A stretch of 64,000 bases of DNA, from positions 245,148,001-245,212,000 of the forward strand of contig OZ024743.1 in NCBI GenBank assembly GCA_964016885.1, given 5' to 3'. The position numbers and the translations under genes are program-made. Shown here piece after piece: positions 51,835 to 64,000 of the stretch (its first letter is position 1; every line of letters begins with the position of its first letter). This DNA is from Eledone cirrhosa (lineage: Eukaryota). Under the pieces are notes generated by a model. It was not told the origin of the DNA and did no database searches. It saw only the letters and a program-made list of their open reading frames with translations.

Positions 51835-52549
51835 TGGATGAATACTTCAACAGGCACTGAGTACTTGTAGAAATATGCAAGGTGTTTATAATATTTGTGG
51901 TTCAATGGTACTAATTTGAGATACCAGAACAATATAAAAAGAGCGGAGCAAGTGGTTATCAAACAATTTTCTAAATAAATTAAAACGATTTAAATAATCA
52001 CCTGTTCTATTGCTGTTACCGACGGTTTCCCCATTCCAAAAATTGGAAATCCAGAGAATTTCCAATGGAAAGAAATGGATCTTCAGACAGCTTATTTCCA
52101 TACTATAAGGTTGCCAGCCCTACAGCAAGTACCTGGTCTACAGGGTCAAATGCGAACAATTTGGTACAAGGAACACATGACGAGAGCTTCTTTTGTCAAA
52201 AATCACCTTGATAATTGCCGCAACTGAGACATAGAGGTCACCATAGATGTAAGGATGAAAAATGTGGGGAATTTAAGAAGTAAGAAGGCCATAAATATAA
52301 ACACACAGAAACCACTAAAGAACAATAAAACAGAGCTACATGGAGCAGAGTGGCTTTTATGACTGCTTCACACATGCACAATCCACACACACAACATAGG
52401 AAAGGTCCGTTGGAGAAGGACACATCGCTTTTACCTTGAAATATTATGATGAAATATATTGGGTCAAAAAAACATTGTTTGTCATCCTTTACCCCAATAC
52501 CACCTTTATAATTCTATATTTCAGCCTTCTGAACTTCCTTATCACTTAT

Positions 52550-53345
52550 CTCTCTCTCTATATATATATATATAAATTTCTTTGTCTCTCTGTCTGTTCC
52601 TATGCATTCTCTAATGGCTGGACCAAATCAAATCAAATTTTAGAAAATAATAAAATAATAGTATTAGACCCCCCACCTCCCACCCGGGAGTGTCAACATG
52701 TAATTTTTATTTTCATTTGGATTAAAACAATATAAAATTTTATCTAAAATAATAATTTTATAGTCAACTATAGTAAACCACCAATGAGTGTGTATGTGTC
52801 TGTGAGTGTGTGCGGGTTTGTGCGTTCGTTATGTATGTTAGGCCTCAGAGAATTAAACACACACGCATCTACACATAATGTGTGTGAGTGTATGTGAGAG
52901 TGTAGACATCACATTTTGTATGTGTATGCCTTAGTATATGTATGTGAATGTATGTTAGAGTATGTGTGTGTGTAAGTGTATGTGTGTGTGAGTATGTGTG
53001 TGAGTGTATGTGTGTTGACTGACAATGATATTTTCTTTAGTCAACTATAGTAAACCACCACCACCACGTCACATTTTGTATATGAGTGTGCACACAGACA
53101 ATGAAACACACACACAATCTACACACACATACATATGGGATGACAGACAGGTGTGCGTGAATGTATGTCTGTGTGTGTCTGTCTTAGTATATGTGAAAGT
53201 GTGAGTGAGTGTATGTGTGATAATTTTTATTTTCATTTGGATTAAAACAATAGGACGGCACATTTTACATATGAATATGTATGTGTCTGAGTTCATTAGG
53301 TACGTTATTAAACACACACACACACACACACATCTACACATACAT
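52550..53345 (+). repeat. Helitron-like 5' fragment with internally duplicated GT-rich blocks
   Basis: TCTATATATATAAATTTCTTTGTCTC start; duplicated TAATTTTTATTTTCATTTGGATTAAAACAATA (~52701, ~53221) and TAGTCAACTATAGTAAACCACCA (~52760, ~53038). Confidence 0.45.
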
Positions 53346-54406
53346 GGATTACAGAATGAATATTGTTTACCCTAAGGTGCTTCAAGATTGACAGATTTTT
53401 CATTTCTAAATTCTATTATCATTACAATTTTGATTTTATATTATCATAATAATTTTTTAAAGAATTTGTCAATATAATCTATGCCATGGAAAACATTCCT
53501 GCAAAATTCCATTTTAAAATATGCATTAAGAAAGTTATGAGGAAACCAAACCGGGTGGTGGTGGTTAAATTGTAGTTATGCCGATTTCGACAATGAGTGT
53601 CCCAGATGTTCGATCGATTGAACAACCTGCTCATGAAACTAATGTGTAAGTGGCTGAGCATTCCACAGACGTGTTCCTATAACGCAATTCTCAGCCTTTG
53701 CAAAACAAAATAAAACGCACTTAAATATGCTAACTGTTATTTAGATCCAGGCCAGACGAAATTATACTAACTGCAATTAGGTGGAGTATCTGTATTCAAG
53801 GATTGCCCATCTAATTAGAAAACATAACAAAATACATTTCAATATGATGGAAGCAGAGTCTGTGCCTGAGTATTTAGCGCCATTGCCTAGCTCTATAATG
53901 TGCTCTCTTTTTTGGCAGTTATGCGCTCCATTCTCCAAAATAATTTCAACTTTTTGCTCTGGCAACACCAAGAAAATTACTAAGCCTGCATTGTTCAGTA
54001 CACAGTTCACGATCACCCACACCTTATCATATGAGAGGTCATAGCACCATACAACCCTCTCCACCACTTCGGATATTTCCACAAGACTGCTACGCAGCGA
54101 AAGAGTTTAGGGATTGATTTATTGACCGCAGAAAATTATAATATATTTCATTTACAGTTAATTTAATCATATGAATTTGTATAAAACTGATCCTTTAAAG
54201 TTCAGTAATGCGCCTTTCTAAGTTCTGCGATCTGTCAAGTTTTAAAGATAGCGTCAACCCTGGCTGTCAGACGGAATAATACTAGCAACTATTTGACAAA
54301 GTGAAAGTAGAATGTTTTTTTTATTCAAGGACCGCCAATTAATTAGAAAACATTAAAAAAAATACAGTTCAATATGATGGAAATAGTTTCAACTAAAGTT
54401 AGTAAA

Positions 54407-54590
54407 TAATTGTTTCTACTTTTGGCACAAGGCCAGCAATTACCCAGTGCATCACTGGTATTTTATTTTATCGACCCCGTAAGGATGAAAGGCAAAGTTA
54501 ACCTCGGCGGGATTTGAACTCAGATCATACAGGGAGGTAACTCTATGCTTCAAAGCATGGTGTCACCTATACTGCCAATCCACCGACTTA
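54407..54590 (-). mobile_element. tRNA-derived SINE (same family as 24500-24697)
   Basis: TTGGCACAAGGCCAGCAATTAC...ATCGACCCCGTAAGGATGAAAGGCAAAGTTAACCTCGGCGGGATTTGAACTC. Confidence 0.85.
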
Positions 54591-54995
54591 AGTTAGTAAA
54601 TAATAATTAACAGAAGCAATCACATCGGGGGAAGAATCAGTGTGGCGAAAAGTTTGACACTAAGAAATAATTCGTTATCAAAGAACACATACAAAACATC
54701 TCTATAGACACATACATATACATGTGCATTTTTGTTTGTAAACGTGGTTGGTGTTAGGAAGGGCATTCAGCCGTAGAAAATCTGCCAGACAGTCCTATAC
54801 CAGCAAGACAACCAATCTTGCCTCAAGTGGGACAATTCCTGTCTAAACCCATGCTAGCGTGGAAGATAGTTAAATGATGATGATGATGATGATATATTCT
54901 GTCCAGTCTGGTGGTAGTAAAGTTAAAATTCATTTGATTTGACAATATGCATGCATATATACATATACGTTTGTATGTATGCTTATATATATAAT

Positions 54996-55285
54996 CAGTG
55001 GCGAACTGGTTGCAAGTGATCCCCAGGGGGCCCGCAGTAGCATTACAGGGACCCACAGTAGCATTGCCCACTGGCCAATGCTTTGTTTTAAAAAAAATAC
55101 CTGGAATCTGAGAGAGAAATAACACTTTTTAAAAATAAATTAAACAATTAAGCAAAATATACGATAGTGCAAACAGTTGGTTGTACATTCTACTAAATTT
55201 AAAGCTTAGTGTATTCATTCATGCATGCAAACATACATATATAAACACACACAACTATATATATATATATATATATATATAGTTA

Positions 55286-55317
<32 letters not shown>

Positions 55318-55834
55318 CACTGTCAATTAGATCCCTGGGGTTTTTTGTACAAGTTAAAAACATGTTATGTATACATATATATAAATCTATATATACACAT
55401 GTACATGCACACATATACACGCACTCCCATGTAGATAGATATATTTATTTATTTGCCACAAGGTGAGTGTGGAAGACCTGGATTGGCAGTATCGGTAGAG
55501 GGTCTGACACCAGGCTTCGCAGCAAAGAGTTATGGCCCTTTATGGTCTGAGTTCAAATCCCGCCGAGGTTAACTTTGCTTTCATCCTTACGAGGTCGATA
55601 AAATAAAGCACCAGTAATACACTGGGATAATTGCTGTCCTTGTGCCAAAAGTAGAAACAATTATTAAAAGTTTCTGGATTTTGCAAAATACTTTATATTT
55701 TTATTGAAGAAGGTAAAATATTTTCCCGCAAAATGTAATTTATTCATTATAAAAATTAAATGATAGCATTCTATATGTAGATGGGCCCCCTTTATCTCCT
55801 GGCAACCAATATTTTTAGACCCAGTCCGCCACTG
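54996..55834. mobile_element. hAT-type MITE with a nested SINE (~55478-55663, plus strand)
   Basis: TIRs CAGTGGCGAACTGG / CCAGTCCGCCACTG with a perfect 8-bp TSD TATATAAT. Confidence 0.85.
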
Positions 55835-55837
55835 TAT

Positions 55838-56100
55838 ATAATTGTTTCTACTTTTTAGCACAAGGTCAGCAATTACACAATGCATTACTGGTACTTATTT
55901 TATCGACCCCGTAAGGATGAAAGGCAAAGTTAACATCGGCGGGATTTGAACTCAGACCGTAAGAGGACGTAACTATGCTGGAAAGCATGGCGTCCGCCAC
56001 TGTATATAATTGTTTCTACTTTTGGCACAAGGCCAGCAATTACCCAGTAGATTACTGGTACTTTATTGTATCGACCCCGTAAGGATGAAAGGCAAAGTTA
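55838..56100 (-). mobile_element. Two tandem partial SINE copies created by a local duplication
   Basis: GTCCGCCACTGTATATAATTGTTTCTACT...GGCAAAGTTA occurs at ~55824-55932 and again at ~55992-56100. Confidence 0.75.
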
Positions 56101-56861
56101 AATAACATTAATTTGGTGTTTTTGCTTTAATGGTTCCCAGCTTGTTCACTACCAAATACGCCTTTTATTTAAATGGATTTTCTCCACGCACCCACCGCTC
56201 TGATTTCAGAGTATTATACGGCAATAGTAATAATCGAAAGGGAAATGTTTATACTTAGAGAAGAACGGATACGCAATACTGTGTGTATTATGTTTTTAAC
56301 AAAGTACTTGGAATGCTGAACTTTAGTTTCAACACACGGACTCAGATCAAGTCACTTGCCAGACAAGTCCAACTCCAAAGTTTAAATTCTTTTTATAATG
56401 TACATGGAGAAAAAGTTGAAATTTTAAAGATATAAACTAAGATAGTAATCTTTTGAAATTGGACACCACGACTGAATTCTTCAGCCAAAGCAGAGGAATT
56501 GCAAATATTTGTCATTTTCAATGAAAACTAATTTCTCACGAGATAACACCATATATGAAGAAAAAATGTATTTTATCACGAAAAGTTATGCGAAATATTT
56601 TTTATTCGTCATTAAACTAATAGTTATTTGAGAGAGAGATAATGGATATATATATAGATATATATATATATATATATATATAAGGAGAGGGAATAACCAA
56701 GTTATACTTGAAACAATTTTAATTGTACACAGCGGCGGGCTATGTATGTAATTGTACAGCGGCGGCGGGCCATCCCACGATATATACGAGGTATCTGGAT
56801 AGCATAGAGCTTCTCTCATCTTTACCAGGATCTATATTGGAAAACCCCAATATTACCATAT

Positions 56862-56893
<32 letters not shown>

Positions 56894-59039
56894 AGTATAG
56901 CCTACCCACCGGCTTTATTTCCTCATAACTTTTTTAATTATGCATAATATATTAATGAAATTTTGCAGAGATACGTTTTCTATGATGAAAAATAAATTAT
57001 TACTTTCATCAAATTCCGTTCGTTAATGCTTTCATTTACTGAATTTTTTTCATAATTGTTTCTACTTTTGGCACAAGGCCAGCAATTACCCAGTGTAAAT
57101 GCCTTCCAATTTCATGTTGATAATGGATATCAATCAGGATAATGTAGAATTTTTACAGGACAGATATTGCCATTTCTACAACTAAGAATTCCAAAAATAA
57201 CAAATAAATCTACGCCTCTGAAAATGTATCTGAAAAAATTCAACATATTTATAATGAAAGGCACTGTATATTATTTTCAAATAATTTTGAAGTTAATCGA
57301 GAATTTGGGGGTGTTTGGTAATTTAACTTTCTCTTTAAGCTGGTGTTTGAGACAAGTTAAGAAAGGTTCTTATATACAATTATAGCAGGTTATATAAATG
57401 TATTTTATAAATACATTAAAATAAGCAATTTTATATTTAAAAACCATGGGTGGTTTCTGTCAGTTTTGTATTAAAATTCCATTAAAAAATATGCATTAAG
57501 AAAGTTAGAGGAAACAAAATCGAAGGTTTCGCAACAGTTATACCAGATAGAATATTGAATACAGTCTTTGAAGAACATCTAAAAGAAATAATAGACAACA
57601 CGAATGCACACAAATACACACGCATCCTACATTTATATGCATTTAAATTCATCAGATTGGTGAATTTAATTCCATTTAGGTCTATACACATACATGCAAG
57701 CAGATTGTTATAAGAAATAGAGAGTGAGACTTAATTACGTTTTTCTTTCAATTGGAAATGATTTAAAAAATATTAAATAAAATAAAATGTAGAGATTATG
57801 CAATCTTTAGTATATTCCTGAATAGTCTCCTTTAGAAGTGTGTGTGAGTGTGTTGGTCCTTTGTCGGCTACGACGACGAGTGTTTCAGTTATTCGAAAAA
57901 CAGAACAGCCTGCTTGTAAAATTGTACTAGTGGTTTATCATTCCACAGACACGTGTATTCTGAAGATGGTTCCTATAATGATTCATGGTAACAGCATGTG
58001 TCAAGGCTGGTTCTTTGAATTACAGGTACAACTCATTTTTCTCCAGCTGAAATAAAATATCTTACTCAAGGGCGCAACAAGCCACCAAGAATCGAACTCA
58101 CGACCGATCGTACGATTGTAGGCGAAACACCCTAACAATTAAGACATGAGCCATCTGTGATTATTTTATATGCAAACCTTCACCATATCTACATAAGATT
58201 TCGGCAAAGCCGGAAAGTTATAATTTTTCTTTTTAATGTCAAGTTGACATGTTTACAGTGAATGTGTACCATCAACGAGTAAACATGGTTACATAGTCAC
58301 AGTTTATTCAGGGGAGAAAGGCTGTGTGCTCACGATCTTCTCAGTCGGTGCGACATTGGTATGACTGATGCGATTTTCATTTTGACCAACTACTGGAAAG
58401 ATATGGGCAAGAAGAAATCTCCAGAGGCTTGACCCTCTCAGAAGGTAAGTTGGAGCATAGTGGTGCGTGCAGGGCCTAGTAGAAACACGAGAAGGGTGAT
58501 GAGAGAAGAGACGAATGAAACGGGTGAGACGCGGGCATACAGGTGGTATTGTACCACTGGTAGGCAAGTAACCAACTTCGAAGAGCAGAAGTCATTGTCG
58601 GCACGATAGGTTGAAGTTTGTTGTGTGTTTGTGTAACACAATGCTAACCAATCGGGTGGCTTTTGGGGGGTGCGGTCTAGGATGTTTGTGTGTGTAGTAA
58701 TAGCACCGTGCTAGATGTTCGAGGAGCTGAAGAAATTTCTGGAGCTGGAGAGGGGGGCAGGACGATGGGATTACCAGGAAAGATAATAATCGGTTATTGT
58801 GAGGATTAGCATTTGTGGTGACTTTAAGGGTTTTTAAGTGTTTTGTCCGTGGATGGGGTGGGGGTGAATGGCGATTGTAAAGTGGCATTTACAGAGTCAA
58901 ATAAATCGTAAATGAGAGGAAATATCAAGATGCCAGTACATTCCGTTAAAGTGAATAATATTCAATTAACAACAAACATGTTTCAAAAGGAACGTCTATC
59001 CATCTAGTCGTCTCTCTCTTTCTCTCTCTCATATATATA

Positions 59040-59254
59040 TAAATCAAGTAAGTATGTTTTGAAACAGTGAGCAGGTTTGAAATTAGAAAATAGAATAGCT
59101 TTCACCGTATTTTTGACTAAAGGAATTTTAGCCTGATAATGGGGTTTAGAACCCTCAGATAAATGGAAAAAGATGAGTATTGACGTACATGTACGTCAAT
59201 ACTCATCTTTTTCCAGGCTAACATTCCTTTAGTCAAAAATACGGTGAAAGCTAT
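59040..59254 (-). mobile_element. (TA)n-embedded fold-back element
   Basis: Perfect 26-bp-arm palindrome at 59164-59215 centred on GTACA|TGTAC, outer arms at 59095-59135 / 59214-59254, and a single-copy tail at 59040-59094. Confidence 0.7.
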
Positions 59255-59279
59255 ATATATATATATATATATATAATAT

Positions 59280-59431
59280 ATCCCGGGTTCAATCGGGGTT
59301 AACCACAGTAAATAAGGTACTCAAACATAGTAGAGTATATACAATATTTAATGTATAAATGGCTTCTACAGGACTAGAACTGTTTCCTTCGAATGAAACA
59401 GTTCTAGTCCTGTAGAAGTCATTTCTATATT
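59280..59431 (-). mobile_element. (TA)n-embedded fold-back element with a hammerhead-like 3' half
   Basis: Arms at ~59350-59386 / 59395-59431 around loop CTTCGAAT; each arm begins GAAACAGTTCTAGTC. Confidence 0.7.
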
Positions 59432-60529
59432 ATATATATATACTTGTATATATAACATTCTAAATAATTTGACTGACGATTTAGACTAGCAAAATTGAAT
59501 AATAGTGAGCATTTTAAAAAAGCCGGTAATGATGCAACAATATTAAAAGAGGAACTGATAATTTTTCTTTTTCAATAAATAAAGAACAATTCTTACCGTC
59601 AAGTGACATACGGACCCAACACAAGCTTGTTTGAGAACACAAGCTTACAACAATAACAGTAGCAACTAAGGTAGACTTACTAATAACAGCTAGCTAGGTT
59701 CTCTCTCCCTTTCTCATGCAGTCTGCTAATAACTCACTTCTACAAGTGATTAGCCCACTAAGTCAATCAGTCCCAGATAAGGAATAAATGAGAGAGAGAA
59801 AGAAAGACAAGGGGGAAGGGAGAAAGACAAAGACGGGAGAAAAAGAGGGGGAGTAAGAGAGAGACAAGAGGAGCGAGTAAAGAGAAATGGTAGGAGGAAA
59901 TGGTAATAATGAGGGAGAAAGAGGTAGAAAAGAAAAAAAAGGTTAAATTACTAACAAATAATAAAAGTGAGGCAGGAAAGAAACAACAAACATGGTAGAA
60001 ATAGAACAATCTGAAAATAACTTTTAGCCAAGAGAGGAGGAGGAGGTTGTTGCAGGTTTCAGTGACAGATAGATAACAATATTAAAAATTTCTTTTAACT
60101 TAGGCAGGAGGCCAATTTTTATGGAATGGAACTGTACACAGTCGGTTTTCGGTTAGCAAAGCCCTATAAACCTTCTCGTATATTCAAGTAAAAGTAAAAT
60201 CAGCCGTTGTACGCAATGTTTTAATTGATTGTAAATTTTTAAAAAAGGAGCCGATCGCCAGATCGGGCTAAAGAAACAATGTTTCCATTGGTCTTTAAAT
60301 TGTTGATACTATTTGCCGGTTGCAACTTCTAGCAAACCGAGTAACGTGTAATAAAGTAGTTTTCTCAAGAAAACAATAAACAACCCGGTTCAGGAATCGA
60401 ATACACAACTTTATGATCGTGAATCCAACACCCTAACCACGAGGTCATATGCTTGTAATTAAAAAGGCGATTGAAAATAAAATAAAATAAGGCGAAAAAT
60501 ATGTAGTTAAACGCAAACATAACTCATTT

Positions 60530-60837
<308 letters not shown>

Positions 60838-60944
60838 CATTTTGAATTTGTTTTGCAAGATTTCTTATCAGAAAACGTGTTGAAACAGATATTGTCATAT
60901 TTTGGAAGGGTCATGACCATCCCAAAGTATAACACTATAATATT

Positions 60945-61130
60945 ATGGTGGATTGGCAGTATCGGTAGAGGGTCGGACGTCATGCTTTGACGCATAGAGT
61001 TACGGCCTTGCCATTCTGAGTTCAAATCTCAACGAGGTTAACTTTGCCTTTCATCCTTACAGGGTCGATAAAATAAAGTATCAGTAATGCACTGGGTAAT
61101 TGCTGGCCTTGTGCCAAAAAATAGATAATT
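60945..61130 (+). mobile_element. tRNA-derived SINE (same family as 54407-54590)
   Basis: GGTGGATTGGCAGTATCGGTAGAG (A box), GAGTTCAAATC (B box) and GCCTTTCATCCTTACAGGGTCGATAAAATAAAG core. Confidence 0.85.
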
Positions 61131-61853
61131 ATATATATATATATATGGTGTGTGTGCAGCGGATGTAAAGAGTAGCTTGTTTGCTTGGTTTATTTGTGGT
61201 ATTGTAGTAGTTGTGAGATGAAGTTGAATGGGTGATTTGTTGATCGAGTCCATAAAGTGTGTATCAGAGAATTGTTGCTGTGAATTATTGCCATGACTGA
61301 TGAAACCAGTAGCTGTAGTCTCTTGTTGTGATGTGATATTGCCGCGGGGAGACGATTTCCCCCAATTTTTGTTTTTATTGGTTGCATGATTTATTCTCAA
61401 ATCATGTTTAGTAATGAACAGGCAAGTGTTTTTTTTTTGTTTTGTTTTTAGAGGAGGTGTGTTGGATTGTATGAGTGAATTCACTAACCTTGATTGAAGT
61501 TGTGTGCATGGACAGAACAACGAAGCAGACAACGGGTGGCCTTTCCTTTTCAACAAAGGCAGTGAATCAGACAGCGACAATGTGAATTCAAAGTAATTGA
61601 TATCTAAGTTAGGATATCATTATCATACATGGGATACAACCGTCATTTTCACTGAATTTTACTTTCACTTAAATATAGGATTTATGGTTCATCATTTAGG
61701 GATCGATAAAATGTACCAGTTATGTATTTAGGGCCAATTCACAAAATCTACCGAGGCATATAAAAAAGGGGAGAAAAAAGTAGAAGATACTCGCACTAAG
61801 ACACACACAAGGGACGCTGCAGTTTCTCTTTAATATATATTGGGGGGGGGGGG

Positions 61854-62345
61854 GCATTGCGATGCACGATAACGAGTCTGAGGCGCTGGAGTAACCAAGC
61901 CCCCCCGTGGGCATCACCTGATATGCTAGCAAGATGAGCTGCCAACATTGACAAGAACCTCATTGTCGGCGGTCCAGCACCACCCCCACGCGCCACACAG
62001 ACACACACAAAAAAAAAAACATCACAAACACCACAGGTTGATAATTCCTAATATTTTAGAATTTTATTCCGTTCAGTTACGGATGTAATAAGCTTCACCC
62101 TCGCCAGAGCATCCCGGGTGTGGGAAGGTGCAAAAGAGTCGCTAATTGTAGAGGCCCAATTGAGATCCATTTCTTTTCCAGGGGCAAAGGCAAGATCCCC
62201 CAACCTCTTTCCATCGACGCTGGGCAAACCGGCTGGATGGGGGGTACTGACTCGACCCAGGACCCACTTAATAATTAGGTTCAGCTCGATATGACGGGGA
62301 AAGCAATCTCCGTTCAGACGATATGAAGACGTGTAGTCAAGGGAC
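61854..62345 (-). pseudogene. Relic of a CRE-like (restriction-like endonuclease) non-LTR retrotransposon, C-terminal domain
   Basis: Hand translation gives CFPRHIELNLIIKWVLG...PAGLPSVDGKRLGDL...LNWASTISDSFAPSH, and after a gap GPPTMRFLSMLAAHLASISGD...WLLQRLRLVIVHRNA. This follows the RH-x2-LN, DGKRPDG, WD-x-T-xx-D and LQRLS-x-A-x-QRGNA pattern of CRE-clade RLE domains. Confidence 0.7.
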
Positions 62346-62528
62346 CTGTCACACGATGTTTAAATATAGGGACCCACTTTCACTTTGTAAAAAAGCAACT
62401 GACAGTCGGTAGCGGTTGCAGGTTCAGTGACAGGCAGATAGATAACAACTTAAACAATTTCTTTTAACTTAAGCTGAAAGCCAATTTTTATGTAATCGAA
62501 CTGTACACAGTCGGTTGGTATATATATA

Positions 62529-62722
62529 CTAGCAGAATGGCCCGGCGTTGCTCAGGATTTGCTCTAGGGTTCTTATATATTTGATATATATTTATCCTTA
62601 TCGAGCCTCGTGAAATAAATACGTTTGTTTATATTTTGTTATTGTGTATGCAAAAATATCTGTACATGAATATATAATTATATATATATATATATATATT
62701 AAAATAACAGATTAAAGTTTAA
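62529..62722 (-). mobile_element. 3' fragment of the Helitron family at 49482-50077
   Basis: Reverse complement of ~49895-50077, including the CCCGGCGTTGCTC hairpin and the CTAG end. Confidence 0.88.
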
Positions 62723-63231
62723 TGGGCTGCAGCAAAGCCCCGCACCCTTCCGCCACAGTATTTTAAGGGCTTCAAACTATTATTATTATTTTGCTTCTTT
62801 AAATAATACTCAAAGGCCCTGATTAAATTTTCAGTCAGGGGACCCATGTATTTGACTGGTATTTTATTTTATCGGCCTTAGGAGGATGAAAGGCAAGGTT
62901 GATCTCGGTGGGATTTGAACACAGAATGTAAAGAGTCGGAACAAACAAGGCAAAGCATTTTGTTCAATGCTCTAATGATTCTGTCAGTCCACCGTCCTTG
63001 TTCGTGTTTGTTGTAGATTTATTTTGTTGTTGATCTCGTATTTCTTTTGCATACATTTTGATTGTCTCTTTTCGGATTGGATAAAAATAAACATCAGTTC
63101 TACGTGTGTATCAAACACTGATATCCTTTAGATGGATAATGCAGAACGGATAAACCTGTGCCGTTTGTATCTTTTCCGTCTTTTATTTGGTTTAAAGAAT
63201 TTTCCGACGCTGCACAGTATTTCTTCTAAAC

Positions 63232-63271
<40 letters not shown>

Positions 63272-63276
<5 letters not shown>

Positions 63277-64000
63277 ACTTCCACACCGATCTCAAGCTGT
63301 CGCACGCCGCCCAGGCTTTGCTCTTCCTCTCAACCACATCATCTTCCGTATTCCCAATCTTTGCTCCCAAATACAGGAAGCCCTCAACCAATTCTAGCGA
63401 CTTCCCGCCTACATTAGTGATCCCCTATGGCTTCTCAACATTCTCTACCAGATATTTTGTTTTAGTCTCATTCATTCTCAGTCCCATACTCATCGACACA
63501 GTCTCAACCCCCCGCATCAAATCCTCTGCCTCCTTCACTGTATTTGTCACCAAAACTATGTCGTCGGCAAATTCAGCATCTGATACCTTTTTCGCCTTAA
63601 CTCTCCTGCTCTGAGCCGGTGCTACAGTAAAGACCTGAAAATCCGCCTCTTCATTACTGTAGTGGAGTCTGTGCTGCTGTACGGGTCTGAGACTTGGACA
63701 CTGACCAAGAAACTCACTCAGATGGTGGATGGGTGCTACACGAGAATGCTGAGGATGGCTCTGAACATTAATCAGTATACACTGAGGGTGAAAAACTCAG
63801 AGCTGTATGGGAGCCTCCCAAAAGTCAGCTCAAAAGTGACACAGAGGGGACTGTGGTTAGCTGGACATGCTCACCGACATTGCACTCAGTGCTCTTGTGG
63901 GAGCCCCTACATGGACACACTGGAAGAGGAAGACCAAGGTTAACGTATGTTGATGCCCTAAGGACAGACACTGGTCTGTTGGAGACGCAGGACATGGCAG
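63272..64000 (+). mobile_element. RTE-X-like LINE fragment with an inverted 5' segment; runs off the window edge
   Basis: Minus strand 63632-63272 reads FTVAPAQSRRVK...EFADD...FLYLGA...VWKSD. Plus strand from ~63629 reads KDLKIRLF...ESVLLYGSETW...LAGHAHRH...GRGRP. Confidence 0.85.

Noticed and set aside
62085-62165. Possible HDV-like ribozyme (GC-rich, with GCTAAT)
   Set aside because: No nested pseudoknot could be built, and the region is better explained as the antisense of the CRE-like relic.

Overview
This is eukaryotic, AT-rich, repeat-dense DNA. The SINE/LINE families and the abundant (TA)n, (CA)n and (CAT)n microsatellites look like an octopus (coleoid cephalopod) genome; that assignment is an inference. 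One host gene is supported: a minus-strand ankyrin-repeat gene with four phase-compatible coding exons (27031-26787, 20452-20030, 7957-7879, 6890-6759). Its next exon was not found and probably lies beyond the left edge. The rest is mostly mobile DNA: RTE-clade LINEs of at least two lineages (both with a PHD-like C4HC3 finger after the RT), tRNA-derived SINEs that share both the 5'UTR module and the 3' tail of one RTE lineage, non-autonomous Helitron-like elements, hAT, mariner, pogo and piggyBac MITEs, a CRE-type LINE relic, an RTE-X-like copy with a twin-priming-type inversion, and several minisatellites. The most unusual signal is four fold-back elements embedded in (TA)n tracts at 49.2-50.1, 59.0-59.4 and 60.6-60.7 kb. 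One carries a complete type I hammerhead ribozyme motif in each arm, and the other three fold back at or next to the hammerhead 3' half (GAAAC...GUC). All coordinates were read by eye, and repeat boundaries are approximate.
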